Shown here: positions 1 to 11,990 of the stretch, in pieces
How positions within the stretch are numbered: the first letter of the stretch is position 1
Layout of the letters: each line of letters begins with the position of its first letter
NCBI GenBank assembly: GCA_951406725.2
Contig: OX597820.1
Coordinates: 7,440,001-7,504,000, forward strand
DNA: 64,000 bases
Reading direction: 5' to 3'
From: Octopus vulgaris
Taxonomy: Eukaryota
Program-made: the position numbers and the translations under genes
Notes under the pieces: generated by a model
What the model was told of the DNA's origin: nothing
Database searches by the model: none
The model's input: the letters and a program-made list of their open reading frames with translations, nothing else

Positions 1-2153
1 TATATATATATATATATATATACACATATATATAAACACACACATACACACAAATATATATATATATACTTACATACATAATTCTTGGATATATCTATGT
101 ATGTATGTATGTATGTATGTGTGTGCGTGCAAACATACCTCAACATATACATTTGTGTGCATGTGCGTGTGTAAGAGTGTGTATGCAGGCGTGCGTATGT
201 GATTTTTTTTAACGTGCGGAAAGTGACTCAATTACTGAGAGTCTCGTGAATGGCACTATCCATCCACGTCAGGAACTCCGGGCACTTGAGTCACTTTTGT
301 AACTTTCTCCCGATTATAAATAAAAGGGCCGATATATATATATATATGCTTATATGGAGTTCCATTTTTCCTCTTTGTTCTACCAATCGTACGATACGCA
401 TGCATATACATGTGTGTACATGTATGTATGTATGTATGTATACATGTATGTGTGTATATATGCATGTATGTATAGGAGCACACTTATGCATGTACTATAC
501 ACACACACAAACACTTCTAAATCTACACACACATGATAGGATTTCATATAAGATTTTTATTTAGGACCATTTTTTTTTCTTTTCCTAAATATTGATGTCA
601 CCAATCATATTCATTGATGGCGGACGCTGGGAATTGTGTAAAAATACTCCGCATGCAACATTTGTCAATCAAGTTCTAGATCTTACATCACCAATTACCC
701 AGGGATAGCGGCATGTTTTTCGATGACATGTCTTTTCTTCTCCTCATCCATTCAACTTCTGTCTCTTCTCTCCCACAATCATTTTTTTTTTCATATATAT
801 ATATTATTTGTTTCAGGCATTTCTTCTTTCACAGATGAGATATTAAGCAAGTAAAGATATAGATTTATGGCTATTTTCTTGCTTTTTGGCACCAGATCAA
901 CTTTACTTAAGCAGAACCTATGATATATGATATTTTAGCTATGACCATTCCATATTTCTGAGAGCTTTTAGGACTGCACAAGCTGTGTCTCGTCTTAATA
1001 TAGAAGGGAAAAGTTTGATTTAAAGGTGATATGGCTGCTATCTTTTCCAGGTGGAGCGACCAGATACAGGTTAGTTAAAAGGGGCTGATTATCATTTTCA
1101 TCTTATGTCCCATTTTTACGGTAAGTTTTGCTCCTCTTTCAGATTTTAGCTGTCCGAAATCTAATCCTATTTATTGGAAAATGGACGATGCTGCAGGCCA
1201 TCTTATCATATGGAAGGTCAGGAGGATTTACAATAACTGCCATCTTTAATTGCTCCCTAACATACAATTATTGTTTTAATCACCTTCTTGGGGTTTATAG
1301 GTGTCAGATGTCAGACCTACTCCGGAAAAGAAGCCGTATTTTTAGAAGATATACAGTATGTAGAGAGGTTAAATTCCAGGCATCACTACGGAACGATAGA
1401 CTATGGCCAATACTGTCGATATTATAATGGCAGACACAGTTTCTAGAACATCTTAATTAGTTCATTTCTCAACTCATTCTTCTCACATTCCAATTCTCAC
1501 AGTTTTTATCCGCAGAGATTTTTCTCTCGCCTTTTTGTCATTTCTCAAATATTCATTAAAACAACAACAAAAAAAAAAACACAATTGTCTATCTTACAGG
1601 ATATTTTTACTCTTGTGTGGTTATATGTGTTTCCAGTTCTTGTAGGAATACTTTGCACTGAATATATCAACTCAATAAAAATTTACTTAAGGTTAAACAA
1701 CAGCAATAACGTTGATGAACAGTTCGTTAATTGTCATAAAACAGCTAAAATAGCTAAAAACCAAACTTGTTAAATAAATGTCTTATTGTAAACCTCGGTC
1801 ACTATGAGAAGCTTCAAATTAAATAGCATCTCCATCAACAGGTCATTCCATTCATTCAATGGCACCTGTATCACCGAGGCACCAGTGTACTGAACTAAAT
1901 GGAAATCGTATAATATTATTGAAAATAATTATGACTTTTTAGGCTCAGGAAGTTCTATGTACACCAACCTAATTTCTCTGACAACACTTCACGAAAGGGA
2001 TTTTTAAAAATGTTTTCTTCAATTCATCTGACGTATTTCTCTTACTGGAGGAACAATCATTTATGTTTTTACAGAACAGATTTATGGAAATTTGAAATTT
2101 TAAGGAGACCTAATAGTGAAAGTCTTCTAAATAATATACTAGACCTTCGTCTT

Positions 2154-2184
<31 letters not shown>

Positions 2185-2578
2185 CTAGCAGTATCGCCCG
2201 GCGTTGCTCGGGTTTGTAAGGGAAATAACTATATAAGCATTTTTAGAGATTTAAAGTATAATAGCCATCTCAATATGGCTAACCACAAAAGGGGGGGTGT
2301 TACTGTAGCTTTTTACGTTCTGAGATTTAATAAATTTTTAGAGAGTTACTTCCCTTATATATGCCAAAAATGCATTAAAAATGGGAAAAATTGATGGTAA
2401 ATTATTTTAAAAATCGTAGACTCACCGTAGACGCAAGCTAATACCCAGAAGGGCTTGATATGAATCATGACTATAAGATACCCGGTTTTGGTTAAACTGC
2501 ACCGCAAAATGTGGGAGTAGTTAGGAATCTAAATCGTAGGAGACAGACAGCACACAACCTCACTTTTATATATAAAGA
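2185..2578 (-). mobile_element. Non-autonomous Helitron, copy 1
   Basis: Minus strand starts TC (TCTTTATATATAAAAG) and ends CCCGAGCAACGCCGGG hairpin + CTAG; inserted A^T with no TSD; near-identical to 45679..46059. Confidence 0.85.
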
Positions 2579-2617
2579 TTATAATTACCCTGTAAGAAAG
2601 ATATATATATATATATA

Positions 2618-3118
2618 CTAACAGTATCGCCCGGCGTTGCTAGGTTTTGTAAGGGAAATAACTATATAAGCATTTTTAGAGAGTTACTTCCCTTATAGAT
2701 GCCAATTCGGGCTTTCTTAGCCATTTCTGTTTTGGTGTCTTCAAGCTATGAAGTTGTTGTTCTAAAAGAACGCTGGTCTCCTTGACAACGCTTTACGACG
2801 TTGATTTCCTTACACTCCGTTCCCCACAGCTTCACGAGGGAGGGAAGAAGGGGGAGAAGCAAACAGGTGCAGGTGTGACCATGGACGCCAACTCCGCCGC
2901 CATCGACACACGAAAAATTATGCATTAAAATGGAATAAAAAATGATGTTAAATTATTTTTAAAATCATAGACTCATCGTAGACGCGCGCTAATACTCAGA
3001 CGGACTCGATATGAATCACGACTATAAGATACCCGAATTTGGTTAAACTGCACCGCAAAATGTGGGAGTAGTTAGGAATCTAAATCGAAGGGGACAGACA
3101 CTCACACAACTACAGTTT

Positions 3119-3130
<12 letters not shown>
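2618..3130 (-). mobile_element. Non-autonomous Helitron, copy 2 (variant with 95-bp deletion and ~210-bp extra segment)
   Basis: Same termini and body as copy 1; terminal CTAG mutated; 5' end merges into (TA)n. Confidence 0.8.
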
Positions 3131-3184
<54 letters not shown>

Positions 3185-3186
<2 letters not shown>

Positions 3187-3802
3187 AAGAAGTAAATATA
3201 TGGCACAACGAAGTACCGATATTTACTGGAAATAGCGAACGTAGTAATACGACGCTAATGTATAGCTTCACCGCGTATGTACTAGCAAAAATGCGTGTGT
3301 GCAACAAACTAGAAAAAATTGTCTTACCTCCAGGGAGAACATCTGAAAGATGAAATACCTGGAAAAGGATAATGTGGGACCTGCGCAGGTTTCAGATTTT
3401 TCAAGATATGTCTGCACCCATAAACTTGATCTATCTTCATCAGCCAAACATATACCACGACAACATTTCAGATGTTACCACATTAATGCCAATGCACTCG
3501 ACTGAAACGCCGAAACGCTAACAGCACGAGAACGGTGAAGAAGTTTCGATAAATTAGTAATGCAATACTAGAGTATTACTTTCCAGTAAAGAATAGCCCG
3601 TGAGGGAAAAATATACAAAGAAGTAAATATATGGCACAGCGAAGTACCGATATTTACTGGAAATAGTGAACGTAATAATACGACATAAACTTGATCTATT
3701 TCAGATGTTACCATAAGTTGTGCCATATATTTACTTCTTTGTATATTTTTCCCTCACGGGCTATTCTTTACTGGAAAGCAATACTCTAGTATTGCATTAC
3801 TA

Positions 3803-3808
<6 letters not shown>
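3185..3808 (-). mobile_element. Penelope-pLTR/retrozyme-like non-coding element between (TA)n tracts
   Basis: Direct repeat 3185..3252 / 3616..3683, 90-bp inverted repeat 3549..3638 / 3719..3808, internal hammerhead ribozyme. Confidence 0.7.
3372..3451 (-). ncRNA. Type I hammerhead ribozyme (intact core)
   Basis: Minus strand: UGG-CUGAUGA-AGAU...AUCU-GAAAC-CUGCGCAG-GUC^CCA; stem III is the palindrome ACCUGCGCAGGU; predicted cleavage between 3378 and 3377. Confidence 0.8.
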
Positions 3809-3850
<42 letters not shown>

Positions 3851-4515
3851 CTACCCGCACGTTGAACTACTTTAAGGACATTAAACAACCTCTATAATAG
3901 CCCCCACCCTAGGTCCAATCCAGTTTACTCTTTCCTTCGCTGACCCTTAGCCTATCGATATGCCCATTCGTTTTTGAGCCTTCCTGCTCTCATTTCCCGT
4001 TTATCAAAGAGGTGGAGGCGATGGGGATGATAGTGGTGGTGTTGATAGTGGTGGAGGAGAAGGCAGTGAAACCAATGGTATTGATGGTAGTGGCGTCAGA
4101 AGTCTGAATGGTCTGTGTATGGCAGTTGTGGTGGCGATGGTGGTGGTACTGGTGATGGTGATGTTGATGGTTGAAACCATAATCAACAGAGGGAGAGAGA
4201 GAGAGAAATAAAGAAAGGTCAGACAGAAAACATTGTACTGACCCCGAATGGGAAGACAAAACAAATATTGTTTATCACGAGGTTTTGCAATAATTTCCAA
4301 GTCGACGAATTATATCATTATTTTGATAAAAATTGTTCATTGCTCGAAAAATATTCGCCAAGTTTGATAAAATTTAAAACATTTTTAAGGATTTAAGGAT
4401 GTAGTCAATTTATGAAGTGTCATTGTTGGGCCCAAGCCCCAATGAAGAGCCCTCGGGTGGTTAGTATATGTATATGTATGTATGTTATGTATGTGTGTAT
4501 GTATATGTATATATG

Positions 4516-4558
<43 letters not shown>

Positions 4559-6361
4559 GTATATTTATAAGGCAGAGCTTCTCTGAAGCAAAGCCAGAAA
4601 TCCAGGATCTTGAATTATCCAGTAAAATCTTTTTTGCTACTTTATTTTGTCTCTCTGTCTTCTCTCTTGGCGTGATATGGACATTTAAGGTGGTTTTAGG
4701 GTCAGGGTTTTGACTGCTATTTCAGCATGGGGGTATCTCTCAGATACCCTAATCTATAGTTTTAATTAATTATTACATTTGTATGTATATAGATATATAC
4801 ACACACACATGGGTTTTTTAAAATTTATTTGTTTCTAATACACTTTTCTGTCCTGGTGAAATGCAGGGTTAGAGTTAAGTGTTTTTGCGGAGAAAGTTTG
4901 ATTAATTCATGGTTACTAAAAACTGTTTCAGTAATGAATAATTAGAAAGAACAGAACTGTAGATAAATGTCACAGAAAACTAAATAAAATTCAATTATAA
5001 CTGTCAAAAACGGAATATAATTCGTCTAGCGAGGTAAATTAATCTATACAAATAATAATAATTAGATATATTTTAAAATTTGGATCTCAGGCGATTTTTA
5101 CGATGAGTGTAAAAAGTGTTCGACCAACAGAAGTTATTTAGTATATATTTAGTGCCATTACATTATTTCTATTGCTTTATTTATTGGTCATTGTAGTTGT
5201 GTCAACTAAGTAGAATAATTTTCACTGAGGAGATAAAGCAAGCACGAAACGTGGCCATTCATTTGCCTAATTGACGTTAACGAGCCAGATTCAATCTAAT
5301 CTACTTTTCTATCGTCTAAAATGACTATCACCTGATATTGCTTGGGGAGGGCTGTTATCTCCCTTGCTTGTTCTTTTGTTAGATTTAAACAATCTTCAGG
5401 GAATTTTTGTTGTATTAATTATTTGGATAATCTCAGACGATCAAATCTTTATTATGTTTAGTAAGTTAACGAAATGATGACATCTACTCTTTATATGCAA
5501 ATAACAATGATAATCAACGATCGAATTTGCAGTAAATAATGAAAAATACATTTGATAAAACTTTATAATATTTATTAATTAATATTTTTATCCACTGAAA
5601 TTTTGATCGTCAGTTTTCTTAAAAGAATCTAAATAGCAGATATGTGAGCAGTTCGTTAATCTTTAATAATCCTTCGGATGGTAAATGATGTACTTAGTAG
5701 CAACAACAATAACATGAACAACCACAAAACGACAAATATCACAAGAACAATTTCACATAGCTTGTTTAGTCGCGTTTACATTATTTTAGCAAATACTAAC
5801 CTAATCTTTGCCAAAATTGCACGAAAACTACATAAAAACGGAAAGTATAATATTCCAATCTTGAACCTAATCAATGATATTTTGTCTTTTATGTAAACAG
5901 ATAGTTTATGAGTAAGGAGAAACCCTTAGAAAGTCCAAGATCGTGCATTGCAAATGTTTGTTTCTTGATCAGAAGGATAAAGGCAGAGCCCGTGACATTG
6001 TTTTAGTTTACTGTACTAAAGGGTCAGCAACACAATAGCCATGAGTTTATATTTTTTATCAGGTCAGGTAAGAACAAATTCAAGACGTGTTATGATACAA
6101 TATACATTTTTTATCCAAGCAATTTGAAACTTTGTCGACAAAACGATAAGATTTCTTAAAAGTATCTTGATCGATTACGTCTAAGATAGTATGGTGTATA
6201 CTAGAACATGCTCTAGTGTACTACAACTGATTCATCTGTTTGACCGTCTTTATAAACCGTTTTTACTGAGAAAGCTTATATTTTCATTAAAATATCAGAC
6301 GTCTTAAATAGAAAGTTCGATATTTTCCATTTTGTCGATAGGCCTCTAGATCGTTAGCCAC

Positions 6362-6533
6362 TACACACATTTCTTTCTCTCTTTGTTTTTTTTCTATGTC
6401 CCTTTCTGTAGAAGAGCGTAGGCTAGAAACGTAAAAGGCTTTTTCTATTCCTGTGCGTTATACTAATACATCTGTTTGTTTTGTACACCACCTGTCTTCG
6501 TCTTCTGTTTTTTTCGTAGATTCTCCTCTATAT
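6362..6533 (+). mobile_element. Short interspersed repeat, Penelope-pLTR-like, with a GAGC-N4-GCT.GAAACGTA hairpin
   Basis: Second copy in opposite orientation at 52022..52170; both end in TATAT. Confidence 0.55.
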
Positions 6534-7204
6534 ATTTTACTTTGTATCTGTAAATCCTCTCACAAATAATTTCTCCAACTGTTTCAAGCACAGTTTCTAT
6601 CTTTCTCCATCACTGAATACCCCCATTCCAGATTCCTCTTTCTATTGTGAGATATTTCTTTTGCACCGCTAAACTTTCTTCTGTACATTTACAATGTTTT
6701 TTCGATTGGCTTACAAGTTTTCACAAGATTTTCATTCCTTGTTTTTCCCTCTGGTTTTATTGATACGGCTTTTTTTTTCCTTCTGTTCTTTTCTGTCTGC
6801 TCCATTATCAACAATTTCCACGTCATTAAGATGCACTCCTACCTGCAAGTCTACTTTGCACTGATACATCCATCGTCCATACAGACAAACACCGGCGTCG
6901 TCCTAGAGTAGTGAAGGTCATCAAAGACATTCGTACAGATAGTAGGTCGTATTAGCCTATATGGGTGACTACGTGTATCTGTGCGTGTTTGATCTTTGAG
7001 TATTATTCGTTACGAGAGTGCAGATAGCACACGATGTGTATCTTTACGTATATAAGCCATTCAGAAGTCGGGTATTGTGTAGTTTAGTCATTAAGCTTGT
7101 CGGGTTTGTCGCTTCAGATTCTGTTTGAGAGAAATGGGACGAGACTAGGAGAGTAATTTGCATTACTATAGTGTGTGTGTATGTTTGGATCTATGTATTG
7201 TTCT

Positions 7205-7271
<67 letters not shown>

Positions 7272-7420
7272 CGTGGTGTGGTGTGAGTGCACGAGTCCTG
7301 ATGTGCATAAGTGTGCATCTGTATGTTTGTTGATGAATCCATGTAGCTGCTGCTAGAATGTGTGTGAGTGTGCTTCTTGAAGTGGATACATGCATCAGGC
7401 TCAGTCGACGATGGCAGAAA

Positions 7421-8210
7421 GGGCGGATGAGAGCAGCAGGTAAACCAGGGTGGATGAGAGCAGAAGATAAACCAAGTTGGATGAGAGCAGAGGATAAACC
7501 CGGTGGATGAGAGTAGAAGATAAACCAGGGTGGATGAGAGCAGAAGATAAACCAGGGTGGATGAGAGCAGAAGATTAACCAGGGTGGATGAGAGCAGAAG
7601 ATAAACCAGGGTGGATGAGAGCAGAAGATAAACCAGGGTGGATGAGAGCAGAAGATTAACCAGGGTGGATGAGAGCAGAAGATAAACCAGGGTGGATGAG
7701 AGCAGAAGATTAACCAGGGTGGATGAGAGCAGAAGATTAACCAGGGTGGATGAGAGCAGAAGATAAACCAGGGTGGATGAGAGCAGAAGATTAACCAGGG
7801 TGGATGAGAGCAGAAGATAAACCAGGGTGGATGAGAGCAGAAGATTAACCAGGGTGGATGAGAGCAGAAGATAAACCAGGGTGGATGAGAGCAGAAGATT
7901 AACCAGGGTGGATGAGAGCAGAAGATAAACCAGGGTGGATGAGAGCAGAAGATTAACCAGGGTGGATGAGAGCAGAAGATAAACCCGGTGAATGAGAGCA
8001 GAAGATTAACCAAGGTGGATGAGAGCAGAAGATAAACCAGGGTGATGAGAGCAGAAGATTAAACCAGGGTGGATGAGAGCAGAATATAAACCAGGGTGGA
8101 TGAGAGCAGAAGATTAAACCAGTGTGGATGAGAGCAGAAGATAAACCAGGGTGGATGAGAGCAGAAGATAAACCAGTGTGGGTGAGAGCAGAAGATAAAC
8201 CCGGTGGATG
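7421..8210. repeat. 27-bp minisatellite (CCAGGGTGGATGAGAGCAGAAGAT[A/T]AA), about 29 copies
   Basis: Directly visible tandem array; near-perfect centre, degenerate edges. Confidence 0.97.
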
Positions 8211-8525
8211 AATATAAATAAAGTAGGATTTAAATATAAATAAAATATATATAAAAGTAAAAATATACATATATACATATAAGAATATTATAAAAAGAAA
8301 AAGAAGATATATTCATATTTACACATATTTTTGGGGTTGGGCGTTGACTGCTCATGAGTTCCTCCGCCCTTTGACGAGTCTTATTTTTCATCCTGCCGGA
8401 TGTCCAACAATCACCCTCCTCAACAGAAACGCCTGGTGGGATTACCAGTTGAGTCATCAAAGACCCGATCACGAAACAGAATGTACTGGGTTACATGTTA
8501 CATGTAGCATTCAAATGTGCACCCC

Positions 8526-8573
<48 letters not shown>

Positions 8574-8627
8574 TTCTCTCAATTTTCTACCCTTATTATT
8601 TTCACACACATATATATATATATTTAT

Positions 8628-8915
8628 ATTCTTTTATTCTTTTACTTGTTTCAGTCATTTAACTGCGGTCATGCCGGAGCACTGCCATTAGTAGAGAAAA
8701 TCGATCCCAGGAATTATTGTTTGGAACCCTAGTACTTATTCTATCGGTCTCTTTTGTCAAGCAATGGTGGTGGGGGACAAACACACACACACACACAAAT
8801 ACATATATATATATATAGATGACGGGCTTCTTTCGGTTTCCTTCTACCAAATCCATTCACAAGGCTTTGGTTGGCTCGAGGCTATATTAGAAGACATTTG
8901 CCCGGGATGCTACGC
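8628..8915 (-). mobile_element. SINE family B (CORE-like), 5'-truncated
   Basis: Matches full copy at 48153..48589 (CAGTCATTT..GCGGTCATGCCGGAGC; GACGGGCTTCTTTC..CAAATCCATTCACAAGGCTTTGG). Confidence 0.85.
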
Positions 8916-9331
8916 ATAATTAAAACATATGTGTGTGTGTGTGTGTGTGTGTATGTGTGTGTGTATGTGTGTGTGTGTTTGTGTGTGTGTGCGTGTACGT
9001 GTGTGTGTACACAAAACCCACACGCAGACACACATATTTATAATGTATAATTTTAATGCTTGTTTAATTTTTCAATTTGTTTTATATTAGTGAGCTTTAG
9101 TTTTGTGGCGATTCTGTTCCCAAAAGTTCGCCTCGCTAATCTCCCTATTAAATCCAACACGCGGATTAGCTTTTCTAGATGTTAACTTTCAAGATTAATC
9201 TTTACTTTAATCGGTACTTCGATGCTTTAATGTTTATTTAACACTTTTGGAATGTCTGTTTTTCATGGATTTAATTCTGACTTTCTAAATATCATAACAT
9301 AAATTTAGTAACCAATATTTGTATGGAAATT

Positions 9332-9548
9332 AAGGCGGCGATCAAGCAGAATCGTTAGCACGCCGGACAAAATGCTTAGCGGCATTTCGTCCGTCTTTAC
9401 TGTCTGGGTTGAAATTCCACTGAAGTCAGCTTTGCCTTTTATTCTTTCGGGGTTGATATAAGTACCAGTTAGATACGTTGGTCGACGTAATCGACTTACA
9501 CCATCCCTGCCTCAAAGTGCAGGCCTTGTGCCAAAATTTGGAACCAAA
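9332..9548 (+). mobile_element. SINE family A (tRNA-derived head, Meta-domain-like body), tail type 2
   Basis: AAGGCGGCGA..CAGAATCGTTAGCACGCCGG head, GCCTTT.ATTCTTTCGGGGTTGAT body, GGCCTTGTGCC tail. Confidence 0.85.
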
Positions 9549-9689
9549 GTTTGTAGGGGGTTTTACATTATTTTATTCATCCTTATTGTGAGCATCCATG
9601 TCGCTCTCTACTCTACATTGTCTCCGGTCGATTGGAGCAGCGTAAGAAATAGAGTTGTTAGATCGGATGCGAACAGAAGATAAACCAGG

Positions 9690-11552
9690 GCGGATGAGAG
9701 CAGGAGAGGGCCTGATAAATGAACCTACTTATGGATATACTATCTTTTGGAGAGGACTGTCTGGGGGTCAGCATAGAGATTCTGGTGTTGGGTTTGCTCT
9801 CAAGAATTCGTTAGTATCCTTCATTGCACAACTTCCGAGTGGTATATCCGAACGAATCATGTCATGCCGTATAAAACTGACAAAGTGTAGGTTTCTTACC
9901 GTTGTCAGTATCTATGCACCAACAACGTCACATTCTGATGAAACTGTAGGACAGTTTTATCACGACCTAGCATAATTAATGAGACAAGTACCAACTTCTG
10001 ACGAGCTGGTCATATTGGAAGATTTCAAGGTAAGAGTTGGAAAGAATTATGTTTCATGGCCTGCTGTAGGTCGACATGGGATTGGAAAATGTAATAAAAA
10101 TGGATTAGCTCTTTTGACGTTTTGTACTGAGAATAATCAGTAACACTCTGCTTAAGCAGGAAAATAAATATAAAACCACCCAAGATTTAAGCCCTGGCAT
10201 CTCACAGATTATGTTTTGATCAGAAAACGTGATATGAAAGATGTCTCTAGCGTTCGAGCCATTGAGAGGAGCTGAGAGCTGAACTGACCATCGTCTAGAG
10301 CGTGGAAAAATACATTTTTCGATAATGCTTAAAAGTCAACAGTTTGGTCCTAAGGTACCTAAAAAGTTAAATGTTGCAAACTTTAAATTATCAAGCAACT
10401 TACAAAGAACCAAGATGCTAGAGGAAGTATCAATCTTGACTCAAACAATCTATGGGAAGATTTCAAAACAAAAGTACTCCAGGCGGCAAGCTCGCCAGAG
10501 AGATTCAAATCATTTATGTTCAGCGACTGGTTCTCAAAAAGATCAGCACAAATTCATAAACTACATTTAGAGAAACAAAACTTAGGCAATACACTTCTTT
10601 CTCAGTCTTTAAACCCCAACTCAAACGAAGCTTACTGAAAGGGAAAGTGCAGACTAAAATTAAACAGGAATGGTAGAATGATATTAAAAAAAAAAGGCAA
10701 GAAGCAGCTGATAGAAATGACACCAAGGGTTTGTACTCTTATGTTAAAGAGGTATATGATCCCAAATCGTCTTCAATAGCTCCAGTGAGAACAGGAAATG
10801 GACGTTTGCTTCTGACTGACACCGCTTCTATTTATAAGCGCTGGGTAGAACATTTCTCTGTACTTTTGAATAGACCATCGTCCGCTGACATGAGGACGAT
10901 AGAAAAAATCGAATGGCAGATGAACGCATGCCCAAACAACTGTTTTATGGTGAGCCCGCAGAGGGAAACGCTATCGATGTAAACCTAAAAAAAGATTTAA
11001 TGACGGTATAAGGACCTCCATGAAGTCACTTGGAATGGATCCAGAGGACATGGAATCTCTTGCTTCAGATCGGGCTGGATGGCGAACAAAAGTGTGGAGC
11101 GGAGTGGAAGTGCTTCAAGAGTCCACGATAACGCATGCAACACTCAAGAGAAATTTAAAGAATGATACGATCGAGAAGGTGAATCACAATGAACATTTTG
11201 TGTGCACAGATTGTGACAGACCATGCGTTTCTTTTACTGGGATGAAATCTCATTTGCGAACCCATGGAAAACGAACATCCACTAACTATTCTGGCTTTAT
11301 ATCTGTGCATACCTTTGGATGCAGTGTATGTCAGAAGGGTTGCAAATCTAACGGAGGCGCTCAAAAAATAATTTAAGATCCACAAAGATCAGAACTTAAT
11401 TGTAGCTCTTGGTGGTCCGAATCGGATACGCAATCTATGTGGATGTCTTTTCAAAACCTTTTCTGGTTTTAAAAACCACATCAGATACCGTGATGGTCCT
11501 AAGGTGTAGGTACAGGAGGTGGTCAAACTCTGCATAAGCAGTAGAAAACCAG
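9690..11552 (+). mobile_element. RTE-clade LINE relic: APE endonuclease + linker, RT deleted, C-terminus with three C2H2 zinc fingers
   Basis: APE motifs GYTIFWRG, SGVGFALKN, SIYAPT, ILEDFKVRVG, DH; jump near 10910 to RMADERMPKQLFYGE and DRAGWR; CTDC..HLRTH, CSVC..RSH; short 3' UTR then microsatellite tail; many stops and frameshifts. Confidence 0.9.
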
Positions 11553-11749
11553 CATATATATATGTGTGTATATATATATATATGTTTGTATGAATGTATG
11601 GATATATGTATGTATGTATGCATACACACACGTATATATATATATGTATATATGTTTATACACATAGAACCGTTCCTATATATATAAATATATATATATA
11701 TATAACGATGGTATAGTTAAAGAACTAATGATCAATCTGTTAAAAGCAA

Positions 11750-11784
<35 letters not shown>

Positions 11785-11786
11785 AC

Positions 11787-11990
11787 AAGGTGGAGAGCTG
11801 AGAGCATCGTTAGCTCGTCGAAAGAAAACGAAATGCTCAACGGTATTTCTCTCTTAGGAAATTTTAGTTCATATTTCGTCAATGTCGACATTGGTGTCGC
11901 TAAAACGAATACCTGTCATGCAATGGGGTGATGTAATCGACCAACCCCCCTACCCTGAAATTTCTGAGTTTGCGCTTATTGCAGTATTAT
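11787..11990 (+). mobile_element. SINE family A, old degenerate copy
   Basis: AAGGTGGAGAGCTGAGAGCATCGTTAGC head and GGGGTGATGTAATCGAC 3' part. Confidence 0.6.

Noticed and set aside
249-257. AATGGCACT, seed of miR-183/263
   Set aside because: The rest of the mature sequence does not match and the seed lies at the hairpin loop
2582-2594. Partial I-SceI site (ACAGGGTAAT)
   Set aside because: Only 10 contiguous bases of the 18-bp site; expected by chance
7114-8013. 299-aa ORF with FCSHPPW[L/F]I repeats
   Set aside because: Open only because the 27-bp unit is a multiple of three without a stop in that frame; it runs into (CA)n and has no unique domain or splice context
7421-8210. CRISPR-like array
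   Set aside because: Contiguous repeats with no unique spacers, no cas genes, eukaryotic context
8335-8462. HDV-like ribozyme fold (GGGCG/CGCCC, GAG-TTC-CTC)
   Set aside because: L3 too short, no P1.1 and no convincing J4/2; speculative without a family consensus
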